The notes beneath the pieces are model-generated. The model saw only the letters and a list, made by a program, of their open reading frames with translations. It was not told where the DNA came from and did no database searches. From Eledone cirrhosa (lineage: Eukaryota), in assembly GCA_964016885.1 (NCBI GenBank), contig OZ024742.1, positions 293,384,001-293,448,000 of the forward strand: a DNA stretch of 64,000 nucleotides. The letters run 5' to 3'. How positions within the stretch are numbered: the first letter of the stretch is position 1; every line of letters starts with the position of its first letter. The translations under genes were made by a program, and so were the position numbers. Below are positions 46,813 through 59,542 of the stretch, piece by piece.

Positions 46813-47272
46813 TTAGGTTGGACAGAAAGTTCTTGCCGCTTTTCAAATTTTTATTGACTTTGCCGATTTTTTATATTACAAGTCAAAATAATCGCCATCA
46901 TTTGCAATTACCATCTGCCATCGTTTAGGAAGGCACATGATTCCATCTCTGTAGAATTCTTCTGGCTTCAATGTCAAGAATTCCATCAGCCACTGATTTA
47001 ACTGGTCTTCATTGGTGAAGGCACGTGGCAAAGTGGTTAGAGAATTGGATTTGCAATCGTGAAGCTGTGAGTTCAATTCCCGGACTGGGTGATGCCTTAT
47101 ACCCTTGAGCAAGACACTTTATTTCATGTTGCTCCTTCTGCCTGGATTTGCGACTGACAGATAGTATTAGCAATTAGAAAGACAAATGTTGAAGGTTGCA
47201 CATATGCAACCTTCAACATTTCCCCAAAACTCTACCTTCTTTAAAACGACAGGCACTTTCTGTCCAACCCAA
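46813..47272 (-). mobile_element. Internally deleted mariner transposon with nested family B SINE head (47013-47135)
   Basis: TA|TTAGGTTGGACAGAAAG ... CTTTCTGTCCAACCCAA|TA TIRs and TSD. Transposase C-terminus LKPEEFYRDGIMCLPKRWQMVIANDGDYF. Confidence 0.88.
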
Positions 47273-47319
47273 TATATTGACATCAAAGGTGCTGTATTCT
47301 TTCCTAAATGAATAATTGA

Positions 47320-47905
47320 ATCTAATTTAGGTACAAGGCCAGCAATTTTAAAGAGAAGAGAAAGTTGATTATATCAACACCAGTGTTTGACTGGTACTAT
47401 TTTTTATTGACTCTGGATGGAAGAAATGCATAGCTGATCTCACCGGGACTTGAACTCAAAATGTAAAGAACTAGAACAAACACTGCAAAGCATTTTGGCC
47501 AACCCACCACCCTCAATAATGATAATAATAATTGTTTCTACTTTAGGTACAAGGTCAGCAATTTTTGAGGAGGGAAAAGTCGATTATTTGACCCCAGTGC
47601 ATTACTGGTACTTTATTTTATCGACCACATAGGAATGAGAGGCAAAGCTAACCTCGACAGGATTTGAACTAAGAACATAAAAGGTCAATAGTTTCTAATT
47701 TAGGCACAAGGCCAGCAATTTTGGGGGCAGGAAAGTTGATTAAATCAACCCTAGGATTTGATTGGTACTTTATTTATCAAACCTAGAAGGATGAAAAGCA
47801 ATTTTGAACTTGCTCGAAATTCAAACTCAGACTATAAAAAGCTGGAACTAAATGATGCAAACCATTTTGTCCAATGTTCTAACCATTCTATAATCCACCA
47901 CCCTT
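47320..47905 (-). mobile_element. Cluster of three family A SINE copies
   Basis: Repeated AGGCACAAGGCCAGCAATTTT...ACTGGTACTTTATTT...GGATTTGAACT. Confidence 0.78.
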
Positions 47906-48136
47906 CCTAAGTGAACAATATGGTGTTTCTCATATTACTATCTAAGTGAAGCTACTCCATGTGACAGAGAAAGAGAGCTAGATAGAGAGTTTAGAGGCTA
48001 AGTAAAGAAAACATGCCATTCGACCAGCAGATAGTGTTGTTTAAAGTTAGAAATAAGCTGTAGGTTAGAAGTTAAACCAAGAGTGAGTTGATACTGCAAA
48101 TGACTAGCAATGATGTGGTTGTGCTCTAAAAGAAGT

Positions 48137-48177
<41 letters not shown>

Positions 48178-50082
48178 TAGTGAAATAAGGTTTAAGAGGA
48201 ACTTCTGTTGTGGGACTAAAATACTTGCTGTTGCTTAAATCAGCTTTACAGTCAGCGATGGCCATCTTTAAGAGATCTTTTGGATTTCAGCTGGAATTAA
48301 AAACACCAAATTCTCCTTCAGAAATAACAATTCAGATTTAAACCTGGTTCCACATATAACAATCATGGATGGCTAGGAGTTTTGATTAACAAAGCCATAT
48401 ATACAAATCTGTGTGTGTGAGTACATATGTGTGCGTACGTGTGTGTGTGAGTGCATTCGTGTGTGTGTCTGTGTGTGTGTCTATCTGTGTGTGTGTGTGT
48501 TTCTGTGTGAATGTGTATGTGTATGTGTCTGTATGTATTTATTTGTATGAATAAATAACCAAAAATTGGAGTTAATTAAACAATAAAAACAGAACATTGT
48601 TACCTATAAACATCATGCTGTTGATAGATATTAGATATATTTAGTACCAGAGGAATTTGAAGACTATATTATATATTAGTAGGGGAGGCAATTTAGATGT
48701 ATCATGTATTACTGTTTTAATTTCAAACATAAACATGTGCACAAAATGATAAATTTGCCTGTGAATGTTGAATATTTATTTTAACATTAAGAAATATGTA
48801 TGCACCCCAACACATAAACCACCATCCCCCACACCATAGTAACTATTCTTAGCATCACAGCACCCTAACTCCTACTCTAAGATCACCTCCATTGATCCTA
48901 AATTCTAACACCACACACAAATAAAATCCCAATGCACCAGTCATAGCATCCTATTAGCACCACAGTACCTCCCATACTGCCGGAGGTTACTTCCCCTACC
49001 ACCCCTCATCATGTTAAATCTCTCCAGACTTGGCACTAACCCATGACATACACCACACCCCTGTCTGTAAAGTGAGGGTTCTTCAGTTGAATCATTTTAT
49101 TATGACATCAGCACTAGAGAAGTACAATTAGAAAACTGTAGTTTAGATTGAATTGAAACATTTTTTAGTTTCAATATTAAATATTAAACAAACCTTCCAT
49201 ATTAAAACATAGGTGAGAATGAAAATTTTTGCTTTAAATAACCTTTTTGTATGTATATTTCACTTGGTGTTGAGCCCAAGTCAGCCCTGTTCTAGTAGAC
49301 CTATGATTAAAGGTAGTACAACCATGATCATCCTATCATCTTTTAGTATCTGAAATGTATGAGCAAGACATGGTCCTCCAACCAGTGTAGGAGGATTATA
49401 ACTACTGACTTGGACTGCACCAACCCATCCTTCCTAGATGGGGGAATAGGAAGAGGATATTTAGAGCTATAACATCAGATATGCCTTTTCTTTCTAAGAT
49501 AGTTGGTTGGGTATATTACAAGAGAGATTTAACTGCTATTTCTAACAGGTTTAGCTATCACATTGAGGCTCCCTCATTAGCTTATTATTTCAGTGTCTTT
49601 TTTTAAAGATAGACAAAGTTCAAAATCAGCTATCTAATAGTGCATTAGACATTTCCACATCCTCAAAGATCAAATTTTAAGAAAATCTGATCATGTTTCA
49701 CTATTGATAATTTTAAATATAATGAATGATTGGTTAAAAACTGTGTTAAATTGCTGCATCAATAGTTGCACACACACATTACCTAATTTGGAAATCAACT
49801 GCAGTAGTTATCAACTGCAGTGGAAATCAACTGCAGCGGAAATCAATTGCAGTATTTATCAACTGCAGTCGTTATCTGTCATTTTACAATCATGTTATTC
49901 TTACAGTGAATAACACCATCATGGTTTCTGCCAATATGTTGTACTTTGATACTTGTTGGTTCTGAAAGGCCTTAAACTGAGAATCTTTTCTCTTTTGTTA
50001 CCAAAGACTGTTTAGTACCATAGAACTGGGGACAGTTTCATGTGATTCATATGAGTTAAGAGACAAAACTAGGTACTCTACC

Positions 50083-50426
50083 ACATTTAATCTGATATTT
50101 TATAATGAGAAGTCCCCTTTATTAAGTGACCCTTAATTAAAAGTAAGTTAAGGGGTGATGTACTGAATCATCATCATTATCATCATCAACATCAGTTGAC
50201 AGGCAAGAGTTTGACAGGCTGTCACAGACCAAGTCAGAACTGAAGTAGAACTACTGTCACAGATCAAGTCAGAACTGACCTAGAACTACTGTCACAGGTC
50301 AAGTCAGAACTGAAGCAGAACTACTAACTTCTGACTTGAGCCATGACTCCTCATCTCGCTTACATTCCCACACTTTACCAAGTAAAGGGGACTTCACTTT
50401 TCATTATAAAATATCAGATGAAATGT
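50083..50426. mobile_element. TIR-bounded element with internal 35-bp tandem repeats
   Basis: TCTGATATTTTATAATGAGAAGTCCCCTTTA is inverted near 50383-50418. The interior has three copies of CTGTCACAGA.CAAGTCAGAACTGAAGTAGAACTA. Confidence 0.6.
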
Positions 50427-51328
50427 TTTAAAGTGCTTAGTTTGATACCAAACCACCTGAAACTGTCTCTGGTTTTATGGTATAAAATATTGTACACAAA
50501 AGATTTCTAATTAATATAAACTCCTCTTTTTGTTGAAGAAAGAATAAAATATAAACTTTTTATAATATGAACCAGCAATTGTCAGCAACTATCAAATATT
50601 TTACTATATGAAAATATTGTTAATTGATTAAGCAGGCTTTGTTAGACTGTGCTATGCTGATGAGGACTGAAACATGACCATATGTAGTTGTCCCTTATCT
50701 GCAAACAAAGATCAGGCCATCCTTCCCTAAAGTATTTGAGGAATTAATCCTTATTTCTTCAAATTATCTCCCCTTATCTTTAAGAGTCTTTAGCAACTGC
50801 CACTAGGTTTTTGTTTTCTATCTTCAACTAAAAGGGAAATATTTATTCAGAATTTTTTGCATACTGCATTCAGTATGTTACCTTTTAACTTAACCAAATT
50901 CATGCCCTTTACCTAATTATTGCCCTTTAGCTCATTTTATTTCTTACTTAAAAGTACATTTTCCTAATGTTTTATTTTAATTTTATATTTTACTTTATTT
51001 TTTTTCTGATTGAGTGATTCCCCTTAACTCCACTTACATCAATCCATCTTTACAAAGTGATTGGTGTTGATGTCTCTTGCATCTATTTCAAGTAGTGTGA
51101 TCCTCAAGTAACCCCTAACCTCAACAAACCTTGCAGTCTTTCCACCTGTCTCCCTATCTTTGAATCCTCTGGTACATTAATCAAATAACTAGTCAGAAGC
51201 TCTGCCAATTCTGTGTTGATAATCCTTGGTGTCAAATCTGTTTCATCTCTAATCCATCATAGTTAAAACTATGTGATACTCTTCCAGAGCCCTTACACAA
51301 CAAAAGCCAGCTCCTGTCCCTTCTCCCC

Positions 51329-51914
51329 ACTCTCAGGTCCCGAATGATGGGGGGGGGGGGTATAAGTGCAGGGGGCTTGGGGCGGAATAAGTGTTGGGGG
51401 TGGGAGTAGAATAAGTGGAAAATATGTAATTTTTCTATGCTGTCTGTTGATTTTTTTAAAAACCAGAATTAGTTGTTTAATTTACATATTGAGACCCCAA
51501 CCCATCCTATTTATTTTATAACATATGGGATTTCTTGTAATGTACTTTTTTTGTCATGTATAATGTTTTTTAATGTATAAAGAAAATTAATTTCACAGGA
51601 ATACTACCACTTAAAATAAAATTTCCCCGAAGATAGATTAACAAATTTTAATAAGTGGGGGAAATTTTGCTAATTTATCTCTGGCGAAATTTTATTTTAA
51701 GTGGTAGTATTCCTGTGAAATTAATTTTCTTTATATATTAAAAAACATTATACCTGACAAAAAAAGAACAATGCTAGAAATTCCATATGTTATAAAATAA
51801 ATAGGATCAATATGTAAACTAAATAATTAATTCTGCGTTTTTCTTAAATCAATGGAGACAACATAGAAAAATTACCAATTATCCCACCTCCCCTATTATT
51901 TGGGACCCAAGAGT
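51329..51914. mobile_element. Foldback/MITE-type long inverted repeat
   Basis: Arms of roughly 220 bp pair around ~51655 (e.g. AAAGAAAATTAATTTCACAGGAATACTACCACTTAAAATAAAATTTC and its reverse complement). Outer termini are ACTCTCAGGTCCC / GGGACCCAAGAGT. Confidence 0.85.
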
Positions 51915-51944
51915 ATAAATTCCTATGAGTCAAAGACACTTTCA

Positions 51945-52295
51945 TGTTAGGGTTATGGATTAGTGACTTGACTAAAGGTTGTGTTACCTTGGTAATGAAT
52001 TAGTGACTACGATGAGGTTGTGTTGTCATGACAATGGACTTCAACCAAAGGCTGTGTTGTCATGGTAATGGATTAGTGACTAGAGGTTGTGTTGTCATGG
52101 CAATGGATTAGAGGGTGTGTTGTCATGGTGATGAGTTAGTGATTACAACCAGAGGCTGAGTTGTCATTAGTAACCACAATTAGAGGCTGTGTTGTCATGG
52201 TGATAGATTAGTGACTACAACTAGAGGCTGAATTGTCATTAGTAACCAGAATTAGGGACTATGTTGTCATAGTGATAGGTTAGCGACTACAACTA
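51945..52295. repeat. Degenerate ~30-41-bp tandem repeat
   Basis: Recurring GGTTGTGTTGTCATGGTAATGGATTAGTGACTACAACTAGA, about 9 units. Confidence 0.8.
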
Positions 52296-52327
52296 TTTTA
52301 ACCTAAGGTCCATATTACATAACTTAC

Positions 52328-52360
52328 CTCAGTCTTTCTAACATTATTCATGACTGGTTT
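52328..52360 (-). CDS. Candidate 33-nt cassette microexon of alpha-catulin (KPVMNNVRKTE)
   Basis: ttccttctag acceptor and consensus GAG|gtaagt donor. Phase 0-0 and stop-free between ...CATK and YNID... Confidence 0.55.
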
Positions 52361-52559
52361 CTAGAAGGAACGTATACAAATATAAAAACATTTTCTCCAT
52401 TCATATGTAAAACATCAAAATTTATAACACCCACCTCCATTCTCCTCCTCTGCTGCTTTTAACCCCCATGTCCCAAAACACATATTACAAGAAGGCATAA
52501 TATCTACCCGCTCCCAGAAATTCTTTTTTCTAATTTGCTCTCCCCCAACAAGGCAATAA

Positions 52560-52868
52560 TTATTTCTGATTTAGGAAAAAGGCCAGCATTTTCAGGGGAG
52601 GAGAAAGTCGATTAAATCAACCCCAGTGTGTTACTGGTACTTTATTTTATTGATCCCCGTAAGGATAAAAGGCAAAGCTAAACTCAGTGGGATTTGAACT
52701 AAGAACATAAAGGGCTATAACTCTATGCTACTAAGCATATCCACTGCCCAAGCAAGATAATAATTGTTTCTACTTTTGGCACAAGGCCAGCAATTATCCC
52801 AGTGTATTACTGGTACTTTATTTTATCGACCCCGTAAGGATGAAAGGCAAAGTTAACCTCGGCGGGAT
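52560..52868 (-). mobile_element. Two family A SINE copies
   Basis: Same core as the other copies, on the reverse strand. Confidence 0.78.
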
Positions 52869-53120
52869 GGCACTAAAATGTAATGGTTACTGAGAAGGGA
52901 AAAGGACAAGACATGGAGAATATAATTCAAGGAGAGAAGAGATGACAATTGATGTTGCTTCTGAATTTTTGCAGATTATAGTTAATGGTCACAAAAGAAA
53001 GAAGCTGGAAGAGAATTTCATAGGTGAGATGGCCCCAGTCTAATAACTGAAATCAATAATAGATTAAAAGAGTAAAAAAGAAGAAAAAAATAATAAAATT
53101 TCTTATCATAATTTACTTAC

Positions 53121-53204
53121 TTTGGTTGCACAAATAAAGCTTGTTGTTACAACTTTAGCAACAGCATTCATTAAATTCTTTGTTTCTTGAATGGCACTAT
53201 CAAC
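53121..53204 (-). CDS. CTNNAL1: Alpha-catulin exon VDSAIQETKNLMNAVAKVVTTSFICATK
   Basis: AG/GT (gtaagt) boundaries, 84 nt. IQ..KNLMNAV is the vinculin/alpha-catenin family C-terminal helix. Confidence 0.92.
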
Positions 53205-54071
53205 CTATTAAAGAGAAATATTTAAAAATTGTAGAAAATAAGAAAAATATGAACTTGATTAATGTAAAGAGATTAAAAATAAAATTTTTATTTGTGTTAG
53301 AAATGTTTCCTGAAAAGTAACTATGTATCTGGGAACCTTCTTATGGATCTGCAACTGGAAAGTTCCTCTCCCAAGGTGTTATATGGAAGACCAGCAGTCA
53401 CCCATGCTTGCAAGGGAAAGACATGGGCTAACATAGCTTGACACTGGTGATATTGCAGGTGAACTCAGAATGCAAAGAACCAAAAGAGATTCCACAAGAC
53501 ATCATGTCTGATGCTCTAATAATTCTGTCAATCCACTGCCCAGGATGTCAAGATACTCTCAAGCACTACTGGTAGCAGGTAATCCAGTACAACCTGTCAT
53601 ATGGTTGGGTCGTCAGCAACTAAACCAGCAACCTCATGAAACTTGTTTAGAGAGAAACATGATTTGTGGACGTTCTGAGTGATGAAAACCAAAACTCGCC
53701 AAAGGGCAGAGGAACTCAGGAGAGTCAACAGCCATCCAATAATGTGAAAAAAACAAAAATGAATAGACAGGGCTTGTTAGCCTTGCTTGGCAGTCTGTCT
53801 AGAAGAAGGATCATTTTGTTTTCAAAACCAGGGTAGACAAAATTCCTTAGTCAACTTAATAACAACTTTTCAAGTGGTCAACAGCTTCATCTTTGTGATA
53901 AAGGTTGATGAGCTGCAGCTCAGTAGCCAGCTTCTGAATAATGGTTGGATGAGGGTTCAGGCCCCACTGACATCACTTTTTACCTGGACTGGGACTTTAA
54001 CAACTCTGCCAACATAAAAATAATGATAAAAGAACAAATAAATGTGATGAGGAAGAATAAAAGAAACTAAC

Positions 54072-54194
54072 TTTATTAAATGTGGCTGCTTTGCCAAATG
54101 TTGGAGCCCGAAGTGTCTTTAGTAGCTGTTGACAAAATATGGGTATTCGGTCCAGATGTATAACCAGTTCTTCTTTATGACCACTTGTTGGTAC
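54072..54194 (-). CDS. CTNNAL1: Alpha-catulin exon VPTSGHKEELVIHLDRIPIFCQQLLKTLRAPTFGKAATFNK
   Basis: taacag acceptor, gttagt donor, 123 nt, phase 0-0. Carries the GK.ATF.K catulin-type motif. Confidence 0.9.
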
Positions 54195-54719
54195 CTGTTA
54201 CAATAATAGGACAGAAAATTAATTAAATTTATCAACAATACAGGGATTGACGGGAAACTACATAGATTTACCATATTTCTAATCAAGAATTTTGAGAGAT
54301 TTAGTAATATAACTAACTTTCTCATATCTGGTGTTTGGAACATAACTTAAAAACGGTTTTTACATAAAATGATGACATATGGCTTTCAGATAAATATAAA
54401 CACTTTAAAACAAACAACTTTGTATTTGCCTTCTCATGGTCCTTGGTGGCTGGAGCAATTATCAAGTATTTCTTACAACTCTTACTCCCTAAGTTCAAAT
54501 CCTACCAAGGCCATCTTGTCCTTTTGTCCTTTTGAGGTTTATAAATAAGGTACCGGTCCAGTACTGGGGTTGATTTTGCTAGGTTTAAAATGCCCAAAAC
54601 CATGTGTCAAAAGGGCACCTCTTCAATTTAATCAGAAGAACCATTTCCTTTTACCAAGTATTTAGGAGTAAAATAAATTTCTAAAAATTTCAGGTGAGAT
54701 TTGGTTATTGGAATAAAAA

Positions 54720-55090
54720 CAAGAGTCCAGAAACTCCCTAAAAATAGTCATTCTGTCAGTTACGACGAGTGTTCTAGTTGATCCAATCAATGGAGCAGCC
54801 TGCTCATGTAATTAACGTGCAAGTGGCTGAGCATTCCACAGACTCGCATACTCTTAACATAGTTCTCAGGGAGACCCATGCTAGCATGGAAGAATGGACA
54901 TAAAAACTGATGATTCAGTGCGGCACAAAATGTGCCAAGACTGGCCCTTCGAATAACAGGGACAACTCATCTTTGCCAGCTGAGTGAAATGGAGCAACGT
55001 AAAATAAAGTGTCATGCTCAAGGACCCAACATGCCACCGGGAATCTAACTCATGACCTTATGATTGTGAACCGAATACCTTAACCACACA
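54720..55090 (-). mobile_element. Older SINE (family B-like) with nested RTE-tail fragment
   Basis: The reverse strand has tRNA-like boxes and TTGAGCATGACACTTTATTTTACGTTGCTCC. Confidence 0.6.
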
Positions 55091-55163
55091 CCCTCAAATA
55101 AACTCTGCTTTACACACAAAATAATGCAAGATGACAACACAAAACAAAGTTCTTCATACTTAC

Positions 55164-55424
55164 TCTCTCAGCAAACTCTTTGACAGTTTTATATAATTTG
55201 TTGCCTTCATCTGCAAAATATTTTGCCTGAGTAAATAAATCTTGTGTTGTCTTCAAAGGACCTTCACCTCTAGTAAAGAGGTACATAGAAAAGGCCATGC
55301 TGGACATATTTTTGGCACGTTTCACAATATCATTATCTGCTTCTTCCCATTTATCAGTTTCAGCGTCCATCTCTGATGTTATTAACTTCATTTCAAGACC
55401 AAGTTTAGCTATTTTTGCTTGCTC
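55164..55424 (-). CDS. CTNNAL1: Alpha-catulin exon EQAKIAKLGLEMKL...FTRGEGPLKTTQDLF...EFAER
   Basis: tttcag acceptor, gtaagt donor, 261 nt. EQAKIAKLGL and FTRGEGPLKT are alpha-catulin-type VH3 motifs. Confidence 0.95.
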
Positions 55425-55473
55425 CTGAAAAGATATATACATATATATATAGTATAAAGTTTCATACATTTAA

Positions 55474-55684
55474 CCCTTTAGCATTTAAACCGGCCATATC
55501 TGGCCAGAATTCTCTCACCTCATTCTGTTCAAACCAGCTGTAACTGGCCACCCATACTCATGTTAAGGTATTGTTCTCAAGATAAATAATATCAAAATCT
55601 CATAGATTTGATATGTGAGATAAAACCTTTACTGCAAAAATACAATAGTATATATATATATAGAGTAATGTAAATGCTAAAGGG
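55474..55684. mobile_element. piggyBac-like MITE
   Basis: TTAA|CCCTTTAGCATTTA ... TAAATGCTAAAGGG|TTAA: perfect 14-bp TIR with a TTAA TSD. Confidence 0.85.
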
Positions 55685-55688
55685 TTAA

Positions 55689-55881
55689 CATGTATGTGCG
55701 ACCATTAGTTTCGGGGTCCAGTTATTACGACCACTGGAGGAGGTTCTTCCAGTCTTGCCCCCTCATTGGGCACACAGTATTTTTGTCTGCGTGCTCGACG
55801 AGGGGCAAGATTAGAAGAGCCACCTTCACTATGTAGTAGTGGCCATAACTGGACAATGAAACCAATGGTCTCACATACGTG
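55689..55881. mobile_element. Second TTAA-flanked hairpin MITE sharing its TTAA with the previous element
   Basis: TTAA|CATGTATGTGCGACCATTAGTTTC ... GAAACCAATGGTCTCACATACGTG|TTAA. The interior is also complementary (TCTTGCCCC/GGGGCAAGA). Confidence 0.75.
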
Positions 55882-56072
55882 TTAAGTATATAAAACTTTA
55901 TTTATACTAAATAAGCTCTCTTGCAATAGATTGAGCATTGTTTTCCTTGATCTTTTATCTATGGATATCCAGCGTCATCATCATCTTCGTTTAACGTCCA
56001 TCTTCCACGCTAGCATGGGTTAGACAGGAGTTGTCCCCCTTGAGGCAAGGTTGGTCGGGTGACCGTGTCGCG

Positions 56073-56113
<41 letters not shown>

Positions 56114-56118
<5 letters not shown>

Positions 56119-56220
56119 AACGAGTAGGACTCCGACGGCTGAGCTCAAGCCGTTTCGACGGCTAATTCTGGACTAAAATTTTAGTCCAGAATTAGCCGTC
56201 GGGGTCCTACTCGTTCCTAT
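56114..56220. repeat. Hairpin element containing a 46-bp perfect palindrome (56156-56201)
   Basis: Outer arms ATAGGAACGAGTAGGAC / GTCCTACTCGTTCCTAT. Palindrome CGACGGCTAATTCTGGACTAAAA|TTTTAGTCCAGAATTAGCCGTCG. Confidence 0.88.
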
Positions 56221-56492
56221 TACCCACTCTACTACCCTAAGTATTGAGTACTTTGGTGCGTTATGGTCCACCTGGTTCCTTACCACATTTCCTTCGTTAT
56301 AAATATATATATATACAATTGAATATATGAGAGGGATGAAGACTGATACAAGTATACAAGTAACAGAACAAAAATTTTCAAACAAAATAAAAGTAAGTAA
56401 ATGAAATCCTTGGTCATTTGCAATCCTGTTCGAATTGCAAATGACCAAGTTAGCTATTGGAAAAGACTATTTTGAGTTTCTAACTCAATCTA

Positions 56493-56555
<63 letters not shown>

Positions 56556-56674
56556 CTGGATATATATATATATATATATATCCTATACAAGCGAGACGAC
56601 CAATCTTGCCTCAAGTGGGATAATTCCCGTCTAAACCCATGCTAGCGTGGAAGATAGACGTTAAACGACGATGA

Positions 56675-56729
<55 letters not shown>

Positions 56730-57642
56730 GATATAATCATCCTCCCTACCTCATCATGAACATTTTATATCAGATTTCCATGATGCTGAGGTAGGTTGAC
56801 AGATTGACATAATCTGAGACAAGACAAGATTGGATAACTACATCTTGTACCTATGTTCCATATTTTGGCAAGATTTCTACAGCTGGATACCCTTTCTAAT
56901 GCCAACCACTTTGCATAGTGCATTTTATTGTGCTACTATCACTACCATTTTACAAAGTGTATTGGGTACAATATATATCACAAATTGCTCATATATACAC
57001 ACATATATATACAGGGTCTTGCAGAAAAATTGAGACAATTTTTACAATGCATAAAACTGGTTATAAATACAAAAATAATGGTAGTAGACAGATATATATA
57101 TAGTGTATGTATTTCAGTGAATTATTGGTGGTTGTACCAAAATGAGCACTTAATGCACAGGCAGAATGCATATATTAAGAAAAACGAAGTTTCTTTTACA
57201 TGTAGTTAGCTTTTTATTGTGTATCACAAAACATGCGTAACAGATCGCTACAATAAAAAAAAACCCAATTACATTAAACAAAACTTTATCATTTTTCTTT
57301 ATATATATGTATAATAAGACTCTTGTCAGTCTTGAATCAATGTTGCCAATTCTCAATGAATCATCACAAAATTTAGCTGACAAGTTGGTTCCAGAATATT
57401 CCATGAAAAAAAGTTGTTTTTTTTTAAATCCAATAACCAAAAAACTGAGGAAACCCTCCAAAGGGTGGTTCAATGTACAGCACACCATGAAATAGGAATA
57501 AAGAATGATAAAGAAAAGAAGTTCATACAATTCTGAGTAGGAAGCTAACATTGTGTAGGGATCTAGTAACATAAGCAATATATTCTCATGTGGATCTTAG
57601 ATAGATGAAAACAAACATAAGGAACAAGTGAAAGTTATTTAC

Positions 57643-57693
57643 CTCTGCATCGAGTTTCACAGGTCGTAAAGATTTAACCATTGTGCCATGTTT
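57643..57693 (-). CDS. CTNNAL1: Alpha-catulin exon KHGTMVKSLRPVKLDAE
   Basis: tttccag acceptor, gtaaat donor, 51 nt, phase 0-0. Links SLPRPG to EQAKIAK as expected for alpha-catulin. Confidence 0.88.
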
Positions 57694-57773
57694 CTGGAAA
57701 AGAAAAATTTTATTTTTAGTAAAATATTTGAGCAGAATTAAACAAACAGTTAGCATACTACACATATTTATGT

Positions 57774-57820
<47 letters not shown>

Positions 57821-59488
57821 GTTTGAAGTTAGACTGAAGATCAATCTATTATGATTGAGTTAATCTTATGATCAATAGTCTTCTAGTATGGCCAGACACC
57901 ATATTTAATACTACAGTATACAATGCATCCATACCTTTTTTAAGATGGTAGGCTGTGATTTCCTAGAGGTTTGGTTGCTATTTCTAGCAAGCAAAGTTAC
58001 TGTGTGTCGGTGCTCTCTCACTAGTTTGAACACCTTAGAAGAACTAAACAGCATATTATACATATCTGTAGGTATGTGTAACGCTTGCTCTGGACACAAC
58101 ATGACTGAATGATTCAGAAGTTCACTTGACAATCACTAGGTTCCAGGTTCAATCCCATTGTAGGACATCTTAGGTAAGTATCATTTATTTGCCTTAGACA
58201 ATTTATCATTCTTCCAGAGAAAGATAGAGAGTGAGAGAACAGAAGTGAGAAAGAGATATAGAGGAAAAATCGACCCAGTACTAGGTTGGTATTTTTTTTA
58301 TCGACCTCGAATAAATGAAAGGCAAAGTTGACTTCGAATAATTTATATATCGATGGCTTAAAGTTATAGTAATTGTTTTATTTTTTATTCTGTAGTTGTC
58401 TAGAACAGAAAGACAAGACAGAGTTGCTTCCCTTGATAGTTAACCACTTTAAGAATACTACAAAATAAAGAATGCTACACTAGAACCAAGATATTGGCTT
58501 AGACTACTTTATTTCTTATGTTGGAACTGTTCTCGATAGTTAACAAGTTCACTGCACAATCATGACATTTTAAGTTCGATCTCATTGTGTAGCATGCTGG
58601 ACAAGTGTCATTTACCATCACTTCAGGTCAAACCAAGTCTTGTTTTTGAAACTGTGTAGATGGAAGCTGTGTGGAAGCCTGTTAAATAGACTATCTGTAA
58701 ATCAAAGGACTAGCTGTGTCTCACATGATTGATGGGGATTTGGCTACTATTTATAGGAGGAACAATGTTCATTATATATTTATTATATATCAAATAATAA
58801 AGAAATCACTATTATTAAATAAAGAAATCTTTATGTATATATCAAATGAAATACCAATATATCCAACTATAAAGTGATCAGGAATTAACAGTTCATAAAA
58901 ATCTGCTACTTCAGACTTATTCCCACTTGTACCTATACATTTATTGAGGTTTGAAAAGCTTGTTCATGTTAATATGGTGTTTAGGTGAAAAATTACTAGA
59001 TTATCTTCTTCGTCCACTTATTCTTGAGAGTGCCATGCTGTGATCTCTCAACTCAGAGAAGTAGCAGCTCCACCTGAAGTGACTCTCATCTCCGAGCCAC
59101 ACATTCTATCGAGTAATGTTACTTGGCACAAATACCAAATTGAAGATAGCGAGTTTGAACACAAAAATGTGTGAAGGAAATGAGAACCTGGGACTATAAG
59201 AAAAGGAATGAGGCCTGGGTCTCTGAGAACTATTGATCTGGAAGAAAGAGACCCACATACTTTTCAAAGTCCCCCAGAGACTGATGTTTCACTTAAACTG
59301 GTGCACACACTAGTAAAACCACACATACACACACACACACACACTAGTTAAACTACACACATATATACAACACACACACACTGAAGTGAAATCATACCGA
59401 ATACACACAGCTAACACACATACATGCATGCGCGTGGCCCTTGCTCTCCTTCAGTATTTGAAAAGTGGTCAGGATATAATGTATGTGT

Positions 59489-59542
<54 letters not shown>

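Noticed and set aside
49790-49870. Five ATCAACTGCAG-type repeats as a regulatory array
   Set aside because: Consistent with a short 16-17-bp slippage repeat; no other support.
50650-50690. CTGATGA-GGACT-GAAACATGAC hammerhead-like string
   Set aside because: There is no real stem II and the required U before the cleavage site is missing.
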